Source: Nymphaea colorata
Taxonomy: Eukaryota
Direction: 5' to 3'
Assembly: GCF_008831285.2 (NCBI RefSeq)
Contig: NC_045138.2
Coordinates: forward strand, 41,664,001-41,728,000
DNA: 64,000 nt
Numbering within the stretch: the stretch's first letter is position 1; each line of letters starts with the position of its first letter. Under the pieces are notes generated by a model. That model saw nothing but the letters and a program-made list of their open reading frames with translations. It had not been told where the DNA came from and did no database searches. This document shows positions 26,151 through 41,724 of this stretch, in pieces. The translations under genes were made by a program, and so were the position numbers.

Positions 26151-28397
26151 CTAACAGCTCCCCTCAAGTTGTGCATGAGATTTGATCATGCACAACTTGT
26201 TCTTCAAATCCCAAAAATGCTGCCCTGTGAGACCTTTGGTAAAAAGATCAGCTATCTGTTCATTGGTAGATATATAAGTAGGCAAGATCTCGGCTTCTTC
26301 AACCTTCTGTCGAATGAAATGTTGATCAATCTCTATATGTTTGGTGCGATTATGCAAAATGGGATTGAAAGCAATTTTTATCGCACTTTGATTGTCACAT
26401 AGTAATGATGACCGAACAATAGGAAGATTGAGCTCTCCAAGTAAATGACGTAACCATGACGCTTCAGCCGTCCCTGCAGCCATTGCTCTATATTCTGCCT
26501 CAGTGCTAGATCGTGCAACAGCACGCTGCTTCTTACTGCTCCAACAAATGAGATTAGAATCAAGAAAGAGACAGAAACCTGAAACTGATCGTCGGTCATC
26601 GGGATCGCCTGCCCAGTCGGCATCAGTATATGTATATATGCTATGTCCAAGAGAAACATTGGAACATTTGGTGTAGACTAGTCCATCTCCAAGAGTAGCT
26701 TTGAGATACCGTAGGATCCGCTTAGCAGCATCCATATGTCCTTCAGTGGGTGCATGCATGAACTGAGAAATCTGATTTACAGCATATATTATGTCTGGGC
26801 GAGTAAAGGTAAGGTATTGTAACATACCAACAATGCTGCGATAGAATGTGGGATTGGAATATGCAGCAGTTCCATCAGATGCAGTCAATTTAGTATTCAA
26901 AACACTGGGGGTAGTGATGGGTTTGCAATTAGTCATACCTGCCCTATCCAAAACATCAAGGGTATACTTGTGCTGTGTAAGAGTCAAACTATCATTTGTC
27001 CTGTCAAGTTCGACACCCAAAAAATATCGTAGTTCTCCCAGATCCTTCATCTTGAACTCTTGCTTCAACATACATTTAACATAAGATATATGTGAAGAAG
27101 AATTCCCAGTTATAACAATATCATCAACATAGATAAGTAACCAGGTGATAGCTTCTCCAGTGCGATAGATAAACAAAGAGTGATCGAGAGAGCTTCGGAG
27201 AAAACCAATTTGTTGTATGTGATGAGAAAAACGATCAAACCATGACCTAGAAGCTTGCTTCAACCCATATAGAGACTTGTGTAATTTGCAAACCCATTTT
27301 TGAGAATCATGAGTAGTGTAGCCGGGAGGTTGCTCCATGTATACCTCTTCCTTAAGAATTCCATGAAGAAAAGCATTTTTGACATCTAACTGATAGAGAG
27401 GCCATCCATACGAGACTGCAAGAGAAATAATGACACGGATTGTTCCCATCTTGATGACTGGACTGAATGTTTCATCATAATCTTCCCCATATTGCTGAGT
27501 GAAACCGCGCGCCACAAGTCGTGCTTTATACCGATCAATGCTACCATCTGGTTTATATTTCAGTTTATAAACCCATTTGGATCCCACAACATTCTTATCA
27601 GCTGGACGAGGGACAATCTGCCAAGTCTGACATTCATGCAAAGCTGCCATTTCCTCATTCATAGCTTCAACCCAACATTTTTCCTTACTCGCATTGTGAT
27701 AAGATGTTGGTTCCACCTTTTTGCTGACTTCTGTCATAAACAGCTGAAAATCCAAAGAAAAACTGTTATAGCTCACCCATCTATCAATAGGATGTCGCAC
27801 GCGTTGTGATTGGCGTGGAACTGCAGTAGGAACTGATCGCCTAGAATACACCAGGCCTGAGAACCGATTATGCATAGGTGGCTCACTGGGCTGAGAAGAT
27901 GAAGGCATGCTGTCCAAGGAAGTAGTGCTGCTCAAGGAACTACTTACAGATGTCTCGGGCTCATTAACAACTTGCTCATTGTGCTCAGTCAACATTGCTG
28001 CCCCTTGTCTTAAGATTTCAGCATGAAGCCAAGTATCATAAACTTCATTTTTGTCCTTGAGTGTCACAGAAGTAGCCTTGGGATCCTGTAACCTGTTCTC
28101 ATCAAATACAACATGCCGTGAAATATGTACACGCCCAGTTTTAGGATTGTAACACCTATAACCCTTGTAATTTTCAGCATACCCTATAAATCTACATAAA
28201 ACAGCACGATCTTGAAATTTGTTTCGCAAGGAAACATCAACATGCACATAGCACATACATCCAAAAACACGCAACTCCTCATAACGTGGCTGCTCTTGGT
28301 GTAAAAGAAAAAATGGTGATTTTCCATCAAGCAAAGCCAATGGCAATCGATTTATAACATGTACAGCCGTATGGAAAGCCTCGGTCCACAATGTCAT
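26151..28397 (-). CDS. Copia C integrase C part, RT and RNaseH
   Basis: 748-aa ORF with QLDVKNAFLHG, YVDD, YTDADWAG and RTKHIEID; ends LEGSC*. Confidence 0.88.
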   Translation of the reverse strand: MTLWTEAFHTAVHVINRLPLALLDGKSPFFLLHQEQPRYEELRVFGCMCYVHVDVSLRNKFQDRAVLCRFIGYAENYKGYRCYNPKTGRVHISRHVVFDENRLQDPKATSVTLKDKNEVYDTWLHAEILRQGAAMLTEHNEQVVNEPETSVSSSLSSTTSLDSMPSSSQPSEPPMHNRFSGLVYSRRSVPTAVPRQSQRVRHPIDRWVSYNSFSLDFQLFMTEVSKKVEPTSYHNASKEKCWVEAMNEEMAALHECQTWQIVPRPADKNVVGSKWVYKLKYKPDGSIDRYKARLVARGFTQQYGEDYDETFSPVIKMGTIRVIISLAVSYGWPLYQLDVKNAFLHGILKEEVYMEQPPGYTTHDSQKWVCKLHKSLYGLKQASRSWFDRFSHHIQQIGFLRSSLDHSLFIYRTGEAITWLLIYVDDIVITGNSSSHISYVKCMLKQEFKMKDLGELRYFLGVELDRTNDSLTLTQHKYTLDVLDRAGMTNCKPITTPSVLNTKLTASDGTAAYSNPTFYRSIVGMLQYLTFTRPDIIYAVNQISQFMHAPTEGHMDAAKRILRYLKATLGDGLVYTKCSNVSLGHSIYTYTDADWAGDPDDRRSVSGFCLFLDSNLICWSSKKQRAVARSSTEAEYRAMAAGTAEASWLRHLLGELNLPIVRSSLLCDNQSAIKIAFNPILHNRTKHIEIDQHFIRQKVEEAEILPTYISTNEQIADLFTKGLTGQHFWDLKNKLCMIKSHAQLEGSC

Positions 28398-30460
28398 AGG
28401 TAAGTCTTTTCATGCATCATGCTAAGTGCACTTTCAACAATATGCCTATGTTTCCTTTCAGCAATTCCGTTTTGCTGAGGTGTATGCGGACATGAAATTT
28501 GTCTAGTGATCCCATTATCTAGTAAGTACTCAATAAATTCATTAGAAATAAATTCACCACCACCATCACATTGAAAATGCACAATATTACTGGAATATTT
28601 ATTTTGAACTAAGGCATGAAATTGAGTGAATAGGCGAAAAACTTCTGATTTGTGTTTCATGAAATGGATCCAAGTATATCGGGAATATGAGTCAACAAAA
28701 ATGACATAGTATCTACTCCCAGAAGAAGAAGGAACTGGAGCAGGCCCCCAAACATCAGAATATATGGTGTCAAAAACCTTTTGAGCTCTTTTATTTATTA
28801 ATTGAAAAGGAAGGGCATGGCTCTTACAGATATGACAACTCGAGCACATGCTGGACTCACTAACAGAACTCAGACTAGACTTATCTAAGAGCCCGTCTGC
28901 AACAAGACTTCGAACAAAAGATTGACTACAATGAGCTAACCGACCATGCCAAATGGATGGTTTATTATACTCTGTGACATTGACTTCACTATGACTCGGA
29001 AAACATGAATCGGAAGGGTGAGATTTTGACATCTGTGGAGCTCCTTCAAGGACATACATATCTCCTTTGCGAGTGCCCTCAGCGAATGTCTTCTTGGTTC
29101 GAGCATCCTTGACATAAACAGAAGAGGGTGTGAATTCAACAGAGGATTGAGTATCATCAATAAGCTTGGACACTGAAATAATATTTTTCTTGACACTTGG
29201 AACAACAAGAACATTCTTTAATGGAATCGAAGAAGAGCCCATAGAAATTTGTACATTTCCAATGTGTGATATTGTGTGATGGGAACCATCTCCCGTGACA
29301 ACTGAGCCTTTATCTAAATAAGGGAGAGCACTAGAGAGATTACCTGCATCACCAGTAACATGGGCTGCTGCTCCAGAGTCCACATACCATTCTCCTCGCT
29401 CGTTTTGTTTCAAATGAAGCTTAGACAGGGCTGTCATGAGGAGTTGTTGTACGTCTGCTGAAACATTAGATCCAGATGATGATGAAGCTGACCCTGCTGC
29501 TGCCTTGTTCTCACGTCTAATCTGATTATTTTTGTTCTGCGGGTTGTGCCAACATTCTGACTTTACATGCCCCCTCTTGTTGCAATAGAAACAAGTCGGA
29601 ACCCTTCTAGATGTGGCAGATGTAGTATTCATGCCCTGTGGTGTTGGGAGAATCCCTCTTCCCATTCCTGCCTGAGGAATCCAAGTACGAGTGCGATTCC
29701 CTTGCAATGCATGTGTCCCTATGATCAGTACATTGTGACTGTTGGAAGGAATCAAATTCTGTCGCTGAACACGACTAGCTTCGTGTTGAAATAACTTAGC
29801 CTTGAGATCTTCGAAAGATGGAAGAATAGGTAGGACTTCCAAGGCTGTGCAAAAAATATCAAAATCTATTCCCAATCCACTCAAGGCTTGTTGCACTTTG
29901 TCCTTGTCGCTGACGGGATGTCCAATGGCAGCAAGTTGATCACTTACACTTTTAATTTCATTCAAATATTCCAAAACAGTACGCGTCCCACGCTTGATGT
30001 CCTGAAATTGCCTTCTTAACTGCAGAAAACGTGCTTCGGATACTTGAGAATACGTGGTGGCAAGGGTAGACCACAACTCTAGGGCTGTTAAATCATCATC
30101 AATACCTCCTAATACTTCCTCTGACAAAGTAGAAGTAATATAGGCAACAAGAGACTGGTCGTGAGCCAGCCAAGCTTCATACTCAGGATTATTTTCAGTA
30201 ATGGTTTCATATTCAAATCTGATTTCACTCATAGCCGCAGCCCCAGCAGCTTGATCTCCCACTACGGTTTTCTTCACTTCACGGTCAATATACATAGGAG
30301 GTGCTGGAGTGGTCCCATCGATATGCCCGTAGAGTCTATGACTTTTGATAAAAGGGACTATTTGACGTTTCCAAGTCAAATAGTTACTATGATTCAGCTT
30401 TTGTGAAATAAGTTGGGAGAGAAAGCTGGAAGATAGAAGAGAGGGGGTCGGCTGATCCAT
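28394..30460 (-). CDS. Copia C gag-protease-integrase N part
   Basis: MDQPTPS start, zinc knuckle CFYCNKRGHVKSEC, WYVDSGA, GAG-pre-integrase and rve core. Ends at a 1-nt frameshift. Confidence 0.85.
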   Translation of the reverse strand: MDQPTPSLLSSSFLSQLISQKLNHSNYLTWKRQIVPFIKSHRLYGHIDGTTPAPPMYIDREVKKTVVGDQAAGAAAMSEIRFEYETITENNPEYEAWLAHDQSLVAYITSTLSEEVLGGIDDDLTALELWSTLATTYSQVSEARFLQLRRQFQDIKRGTRTVLEYLNEIKSVSDQLAAIGHPVSDKDKVQQALSGLGIDFDIFCTALEVLPILPSFEDLKAKLFQHEASRVQRQNLIPSNSHNVLIIGTHALQGNRTRTWIPQAGMGRGILPTPQGMNTTSATSRRVPTCFYCNKRGHVKSECWHNPQNKNNQIRRENKAAAGSASSSSGSNVSADVQQLLMTALSKLHLKQNERGEWYVDSGAAAHVTGDAGNLSSALPYLDKGSVVTGDGSHHTISHIGNVQISMGSSSIPLKNVLVVPSVKKNIISVSKLIDDTQSSVEFTPSSVYVKDARTKKTFAEGTRKGDMYVLEGAPQMSKSHPSDSCFPSHSEVNVTEYNKPSIWHGRLAHCSQSFVRSLVADGLLDKSSLSSVSESSMCSSCHICKSHALPFQLINKRAQKVFDTIYSDVWGPAPVPSSSGSRYYVIFVDSYSRYTWIHFMKHKSEVFRLFTQFHALVQNKYSSNIVHFQCDGGGEFISNEFIEYLLDNGITRQISCPHTPQQNGIAERKHRHIVESALSMMHEKTYL

Positions 30461-31982
30461 AATTGATTTAGGGCAACGACAAAAATTAGGGCAAAACGAT
30501 GAGAAGATTAGGGCACAACGATTAGGGCAAATCAATTAGGGCAAATCACGCAAGATTTAGGGCAGAAACTGAAAAAAGGGATGATCACGCCAGAAAAGAA
30601 AGAATTTAGGGCAGATTAGAGCTAATCACATCAAACTGAAATCACTCACCGGAGGACGATGCAACCTGGCTCTGATACCATGTAAGAATCTTCACAAAGT
30701 ACTTGTCTCTCCGTATGCAAAACAGATATGTTGAGAAGAGAGGATGAAAGAAGACGATGGAGGAAAGGGAGCAGCCGGCTTAGCTTAGCCCTGCGTTCCT
30801 TAATCTTTTAATAAAAGAATAACCCTAATAGGGTACAACAGATTTGTACATAAAAAGATAAAAAATTACAAGAGAGCCACCGCCTAGTAACTTTAGGCGT
30901 GTGGATATAAGGAGAATGGATCGGGTCTGAACAGACCCGATCCCCATACGCTAACAAAAGCAAAATTGATTCAACATAAAGCAAGTCATGTACAACGACA
31001 AGAATTATTTCCTTCTGGCAGTCACAATGTGTTAGTCATCGGGACCTATGCTTTGCAAGGAAGCTGTCCCAGAGTTTGGAACTCACAGGCAAGCATGGGG
31101 AGAGGTATTCTTCCAACGCCAAATACAACTCACAGGCAAGCATGGGGAGAGGTATTCTTCCAACGCCAAATACAAATGCTTAGGCAAATGTACCACGAAG
31201 GATACCTACTTCTTTTTATTGCAATAAAAGAGGTCATGTGAAGTCAGAATGTTGGCATAACCCTCAAAACAAGGGAAAACAGGTCAGGCGTGACAATAAG
31301 GCAGCAGGGTCAACTGTATCGAACATGATTGCGACATCGAACATTCTTTTTGATGTACAACAGATTATAATGACAACCTTGTCTAAAGTCAATCTTTAGC
31401 AAAATGAAGAAGGACAATGGTATGTGGATTCTGGTGCCGCAGCCCATGTGACCGGTGATGCAGGTAAGCTTTCTAGTGCTCTCCCTTATTTAACTAAAGG
31501 CTCAGTTGTCAGGAGATGGTTCCCATCACAAAATATCGCATATTGAAAATGCACACATATCCATGGCTCATTCTTCCATACCTTTAAAGAATGTTCTTGT
31601 TGTTCCAAACGTCAAGAAAAATAACATTTCTGTGTCAAAGCTTATTGATGATACTCATTCTTCTGTTGAGTTTACTCGTTCTTCTGTTTATGCCAAGGAT
31701 GCTCGAACCAAGAAGACATTCGCTGAGGGTGTTCTCTAAGGAGACATGTACGTCATTGAAGAAGCTCCAAAGGTGTCCAAGTCTTGTGTTTCAGATTCAT
31801 CTGTCCCTAGTCATAGTGAAGTCAATATAGCAGAGTATGATAAGACATCCATTTGGCATAGACATTTAGCACATTGTAGTCGGTCTTTCATTCAAAGTCT
31901 TGTTGCAGACGGACTATTACAAAAGTCCAGTCTAAGTCCAATAAATGAGTCCAGCATGTGCTCAAGCTGTCATATTTGTATG

Positions 31983-37527
<5,545 letters not shown>

Positions 37528-38289
37528 GTAAGAGTCATGTTCTTCCCTTTCAGTCAATAAATAAGCGAGTTTCGAAGTTATTTGAACATGACTGCTCCTA
37601 TTTCTTCTTCTTCCAGGGGTAGATATTATGTTGTTTTTATTGATTCTTATTCTCGTTACACTTGGATTCACTTCATGAAAAGCAAATCAGAGGTTTTCCC
37701 TTGGATGTCGAAACATAAATTTCGAAACTCGCTTATTTATTGACTGAAACAACAAATCAGAGGTTTTCAAAATTTATGTTGTTTGTTGACTGTTCGCTAA
37801 ATAAGAATCAATAAAGACAAATATATATCTACCCCTGGATGGATTTTATATCAGTTGGATGTTAAAAATGCTTTCCTTCATGGCTTAAAGGAAGATGTAT
37901 ACATGCCTACATGGAACAACCCCCAGTATGCTACCAATGATCCAACTCAATGGGTGTGCAAATTACAAAAATCATTGTATGGGCTTAAGCAAGCATCTCG
38001 CTCATGGTTCGATAGATTTTATCTTCATATACAGCAGATTGGTTTTCTCCAAAGTTCACTTGATCATTTCTTATTCATATGTCATTCAGGAGAAGATACC
38101 ACTTGACTACTTATATATGTAGATGACATAGTTCTTATTGGAAATTCTTCATGTCATATATCTCATGTTAAGCAGGTATTGAAACAAGAATTCAAGATGA
38201 AGGATCTCGGCGAACTACGGTATTTCTTGGGTGTTGAGCTTGACAGAAAACGTGACACATTAACTCTTACGCAGAATAAATATACTCTT

Positions 38290-38396
38290 TGTTGATAGAT
38301 TGTGGGTTTCGGGTCCGGATCCATACCCGACCCGCCTTGTAGCCCGTTTTGGGCTCTACTTAAGTCATTCCTCTTCTTCTTGTTCGTATCTCTACA
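38290..38396. mobile_element. 107-bp solo LTR inserted in the RT of element B
   Basis: TG...CA with perfect TSD CTCTT. Removing it restores KYTLDILDRADMTNCKP. Confidence 0.85.
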
Positions 38397-38562
38397 CTCT
38401 TGATATTCTGGATAGAGCAGATATGACAAATTGCAAGCCCATAAATACTTCTAGTGTTCTCAACACAAAAACCACGGGAAGCTCTGACCTAGGTGCACAC
38501 CGCAACCCTAGGAGAGAGAAAAGTTATATTCACTTAATCACACAATTACACTTAAGTGAAGA

Positions 38563-41500
38563 TTATATAGGAGGGAGAGAAGAATGCCGCCTAGGGTACC
38601 AAGCCGGCCTCGGTACCCGTGCCCCATGGGACCGGATCCAGAAATGGACCCGGTTCCCCATTACATCTATTTTAACACTCCCCTCAAGCTTGGCATACAT
38701 GTCAAACATGCCAAGCTTGCTAACATTTTTCTCAAATTGAGATGTACATAAAGACTTAGTTAAAACATCAGCAACTTGATCTTCAGACTTCATGTAGGGT
38801 AGGATCAACTCCTTAGAATCTATGCGTTCCCGTATGAAATGGCGATCGATCTCCACATGTTTGGTTCTGTCGTGCAAGACTGGATTGTTTGCCAAGTTAA
38901 TAGCCGACTTGTTGTCACAATACATCCTCATCTTCTCTTCCATTTTCACCCCAATATCTGCTAACAGAATTTTGAGCCATAACATTTCTGTAACCCCCAT
39001 GGCAACCGCCCTGTATTCAGCCTCAGCACTGGACCTGGAACAAACTTCTTGTCTTTTACTTCTCCATACCACCAGGTTACCTCCAAGAAAGATGCAGTAT
39101 CCTGTGGTAGACCTTCTAGTATCTGTGCAACCTGCCCAGTCGGCGTCAGAGTATCCTTCAATACTGAGTTGACTTTGTCGAGTATAGAGCAGTCCTTTCC
39201 CTGGGTCATTCTTTAAGTATCCCAATACTCTTTCAGCACTTTTCCAATGACAATCAGTAGGGGCATGCATAAACTGACTTAACACACCCACAGCATACGT
39301 AATATCCGGGCGAGTAAGGGTGAGATAAATGAGTTTACCAACCAGCCGCTGATACCTCCCTTTTCCTTCCTCATCCAAGATCGTCCCAGTTTTGATACTT
39401 ATCCTTGTGCCAGACTCCATTGGAGTAAGAAAGGGCCTGCATCCCAGTTTACCTGTCTCTTTTAGAAGGTCCAAAGTGTATTTCCTTTGGCTCATAACAA
39501 GACCAGTCTCAGATCTAGCAATCTCAATTCCCAAAAAATACCTCAGTTTACCCAAATCTTTGAGGTCAAATTCAGCAGCTAACGTTTCTTTCATCTTCCT
39601 TTTTTCTTCTTCGTCATCACCTGTGACAATCATATCATCAACATATACTAGTAGGAGGCTCACCAGACCATTTCTCTGCTTGATGAAGAGGGTGTGATCA
39701 CCATTTCCCTGTTTATATCCATTAGTCTTCATCACAACCCTTAGTCTTTCAAACCACGCTCTAGGGGACTGCTTGAGGCCATACAATGCTTTCTTGAGAT
39801 AACAACACTTTCCTTTCTGCGCATATCCAGGCGGCATGCTCATATAGACTTCTTCCTCAAGGTGACCATTCAAGAAGGCGTTCTTGACATCAAGTTGGTC
39901 CATGCTCCACTTCTTTTGTACTGCCAGAGCTAAGATGACCCTTACTGTCTTCAGTTTAGCAACGGGAGCGAACGTCTCAAGATAGTCAATCCCATATTTC
40001 TGGCTAAACCCCTTTGCAACAAGACGAGCTTTATAGCGTTCTACAGTGCCATCAGGTTTGTACTTCACAGTAAACACCCACTTGGAACCAACTAAGTGAG
40101 TTCCATTAGGAATATCAACAACCTCCCACGTATTGTTCTTTGCCAGGGCGTCCATCTCCTCTGTCATGGCCTGTAGCCATTTGGGATCCTCCCTGGCATC
40201 CTCCACTGACCTGGGAATAACAGCCATAGATAAAGAGGTAATAAAGCACTTGTAGTCTTTACTGAGTTTAGCATACGAGACAAATCTCTGAATAGGGTGA
40301 GAAGTACATGACCTGGTGCCTTTGCGTAGGGCTATGGGAAGATCTTCATTCATTGGACTTGGATCATCCGGGGAGCTCACAAGATCGGGATTGGTAACAT
40401 CAACAACCTCCATCACATCATTCTTCTTCCTGTTGTATACCTGACCAAACAAATGATCACGGGACTGTTCTTCCACAGGGCCCCCTTCCATCTGACTGTC
40501 TCTGTCCTCACTGACTGTGTCAACCACACTCACACTCGGAGAACTAGCCGTGTAATCCAAGAAATCTGTGAACTGAATCAATTGATGCGAAGAATACTCG
40601 TCCACTCTCTCACCTAAACACTCCCCCTGAAGAGGATTCGCAGGAAAGTATGCCTCGTGTTCATGAAAGGTAACATCCCTGGAGACATAGACTCTGGAAG
40701 TGCTAGGGTCAACACACTTGTATCCCTTCTGAGTGGAGGAATACCCCAAAAAGACCGTTTTGATGGACCGAGGATCAAGTTTCTTGAGAGTGGGGCTATG
40801 ATCATGGACAAAGCAAACACACCCAAACACCCGAGGGGTCAAAGGCCAGGGACTCTGATTAGGCCACAAAACAGAATAAGGGGAATGACCATTCAACACA
40901 CGAGTAGGCATACGGTTAATGAGATGAGCACTAGTGAGAAGTGCATCACCCCAGTACCGCTTAGGGACATGACGTTGAAACATAATGGCCCGGGTGACAT
41001 TTAACAAATGACTGTTCTTCCTTTCAGCCACGCCATTCTGAGGAGGTGTGTAGCTACAGGATGTTTCATGTATAATACCCTTGCTTCGCAAGAAGTCATC
41101 AAGGGATAGGGAGACATACTCTCGAGCATTGTCAGTACGAAGGGTCTGAACAGGGGTTTGGAATTGAGTTTCAACAAATGCAACGAAGTTTTTGACAATG
41201 CCGGGAACCTCACTACGTTCTTTCAACAAGTACACGAACGTACAACGAGAGTAGTCATCGATAAGAGTCATGAAATAATGAAAACCACGACCGGTGGGCA
41301 CTCCCGAAGGACCCCAAACATCAGAGTGAACCAAAGCAAAAGGACGGCTGATTTTATTGAACGAAATAGGGTACGAGGCCCTAACATGCTTAGACAACTG
41401 ACACACTTCACAGGCGAAGGTGTCCAAAGAAACAGACCGAAACATCTTAGGAAACAATTGTTTAATCAACTGAAAAGGAAGATGACCAAGTCTCTCGTGC

Positions 41501-41724
41501 CAGCGCATAATAGCGGATCTATCCTCCACGTCAGATAACTGTCCACTGGTGGCTGAAATCAAAGCAGAGGCAACCTGTACTGGCATTCTGTAGAGACCAT
41601 CAATAGCCGAACCAATCCCAATCTTCTGCCCCGTCCCCAAGTCCTGCAGTAAACAGCGATCAGCAGAGAATATTATATTACAGTTTAGCTCTTTGGTAAT
41701 ACTGCTGACAGATAACAAATTCAC
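38563..41724 (-). CDS. Copia E integrase-RT-RNaseH
   Basis: 1053-aa uninterrupted ORF with HSDVWGP, LRTDNARE, QLDVKNAF, YVDD and YSDADWAG. Confidence 0.88.
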   Translation of the reverse strand: MNLLSVSSITKELNCNIIFSADRCLLQDLGTGQKIGIGSAIDGLYRMPVQVASALISATSGQLSDVEDRSAIMRWHERLGHLPFQLIKQLFPKMFRSVSLDTFACEVCQLSKHVRASYPISFNKISRPFALVHSDVWGPSGVPTGRGFHYFMTLIDDYSRCTFVYLLKERSEVPGIVKNFVAFVETQFQTPVQTLRTDNAREYVSLSLDDFLRSKGIIHETSCSYTPPQNGVAERKNSHLLNVTRAIMFQRHVPKRYWGDALLTSAHLINRMPTRVLNGHSPYSVLWPNQSPWPLTPRVFGCVCFVHDHSPTLKKLDPRSIKTVFLGYSSTQKGYKCVDPSTSRVYVSRDVTFHEHEAYFPANPLQGECLGERVDEYSSHQLIQFTDFLDYTASSPSVSVVDTVSEDRDSQMEGGPVEEQSRDHLFGQVYNRKKNDVMEVVDVTNPDLVSSPDDPSPMNEDLPIALRKGTRSCTSHPIQRFVSYAKLSKDYKCFITSLSMAVIPRSVEDAREDPKWLQAMTEEMDALAKNNTWEVVDIPNGTHLVGSKWVFTVKYKPDGTVERYKARLVAKGFSQKYGIDYLETFAPVAKLKTVRVILALAVQKKWSMDQLDVKNAFLNGHLEEEVYMSMPPGYAQKGKCCYLKKALYGLKQSPRAWFERLRVVMKTNGYKQGNGDHTLFIKQRNGLVSLLLVYVDDMIVTGDDEEEKRKMKETLAAEFDLKDLGKLRYFLGIEIARSETGLVMSQRKYTLDLLKETGKLGCRPFLTPMESGTRISIKTGTILDEEGKGRYQRLVGKLIYLTLTRPDITYAVGVLSQFMHAPTDCHWKSAERVLGYLKNDPGKGLLYTRQSQLSIEGYSDADWAGCTDTRRSTTGYCIFLGGNLVVWRSKRQEVCSRSSAEAEYRAVAMGVTEMLWLKILLADIGVKMEEKMRMYCDNKSAINLANNPVLHDRTKHVEIDRHFIRERIDSKELILPYMKSEDQVADVLTKSLCTSQFEKNVSKLGMFDMYAKLEGSVKIDVMGNRVHFWIRSHGARVPRPAWYPRRHSSLPPI

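Larger units (their letters stand above)
25881..30956 (-). mobile_element. Ty1/copia element C, young and full length, nested in the gag of B
   Basis: 276-bp LTRs at 25881-26156 and 30681-30956 with one mismatch. TSD AAAGC, PBS at 30668-30680 and PPT. Confidence 0.97.
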
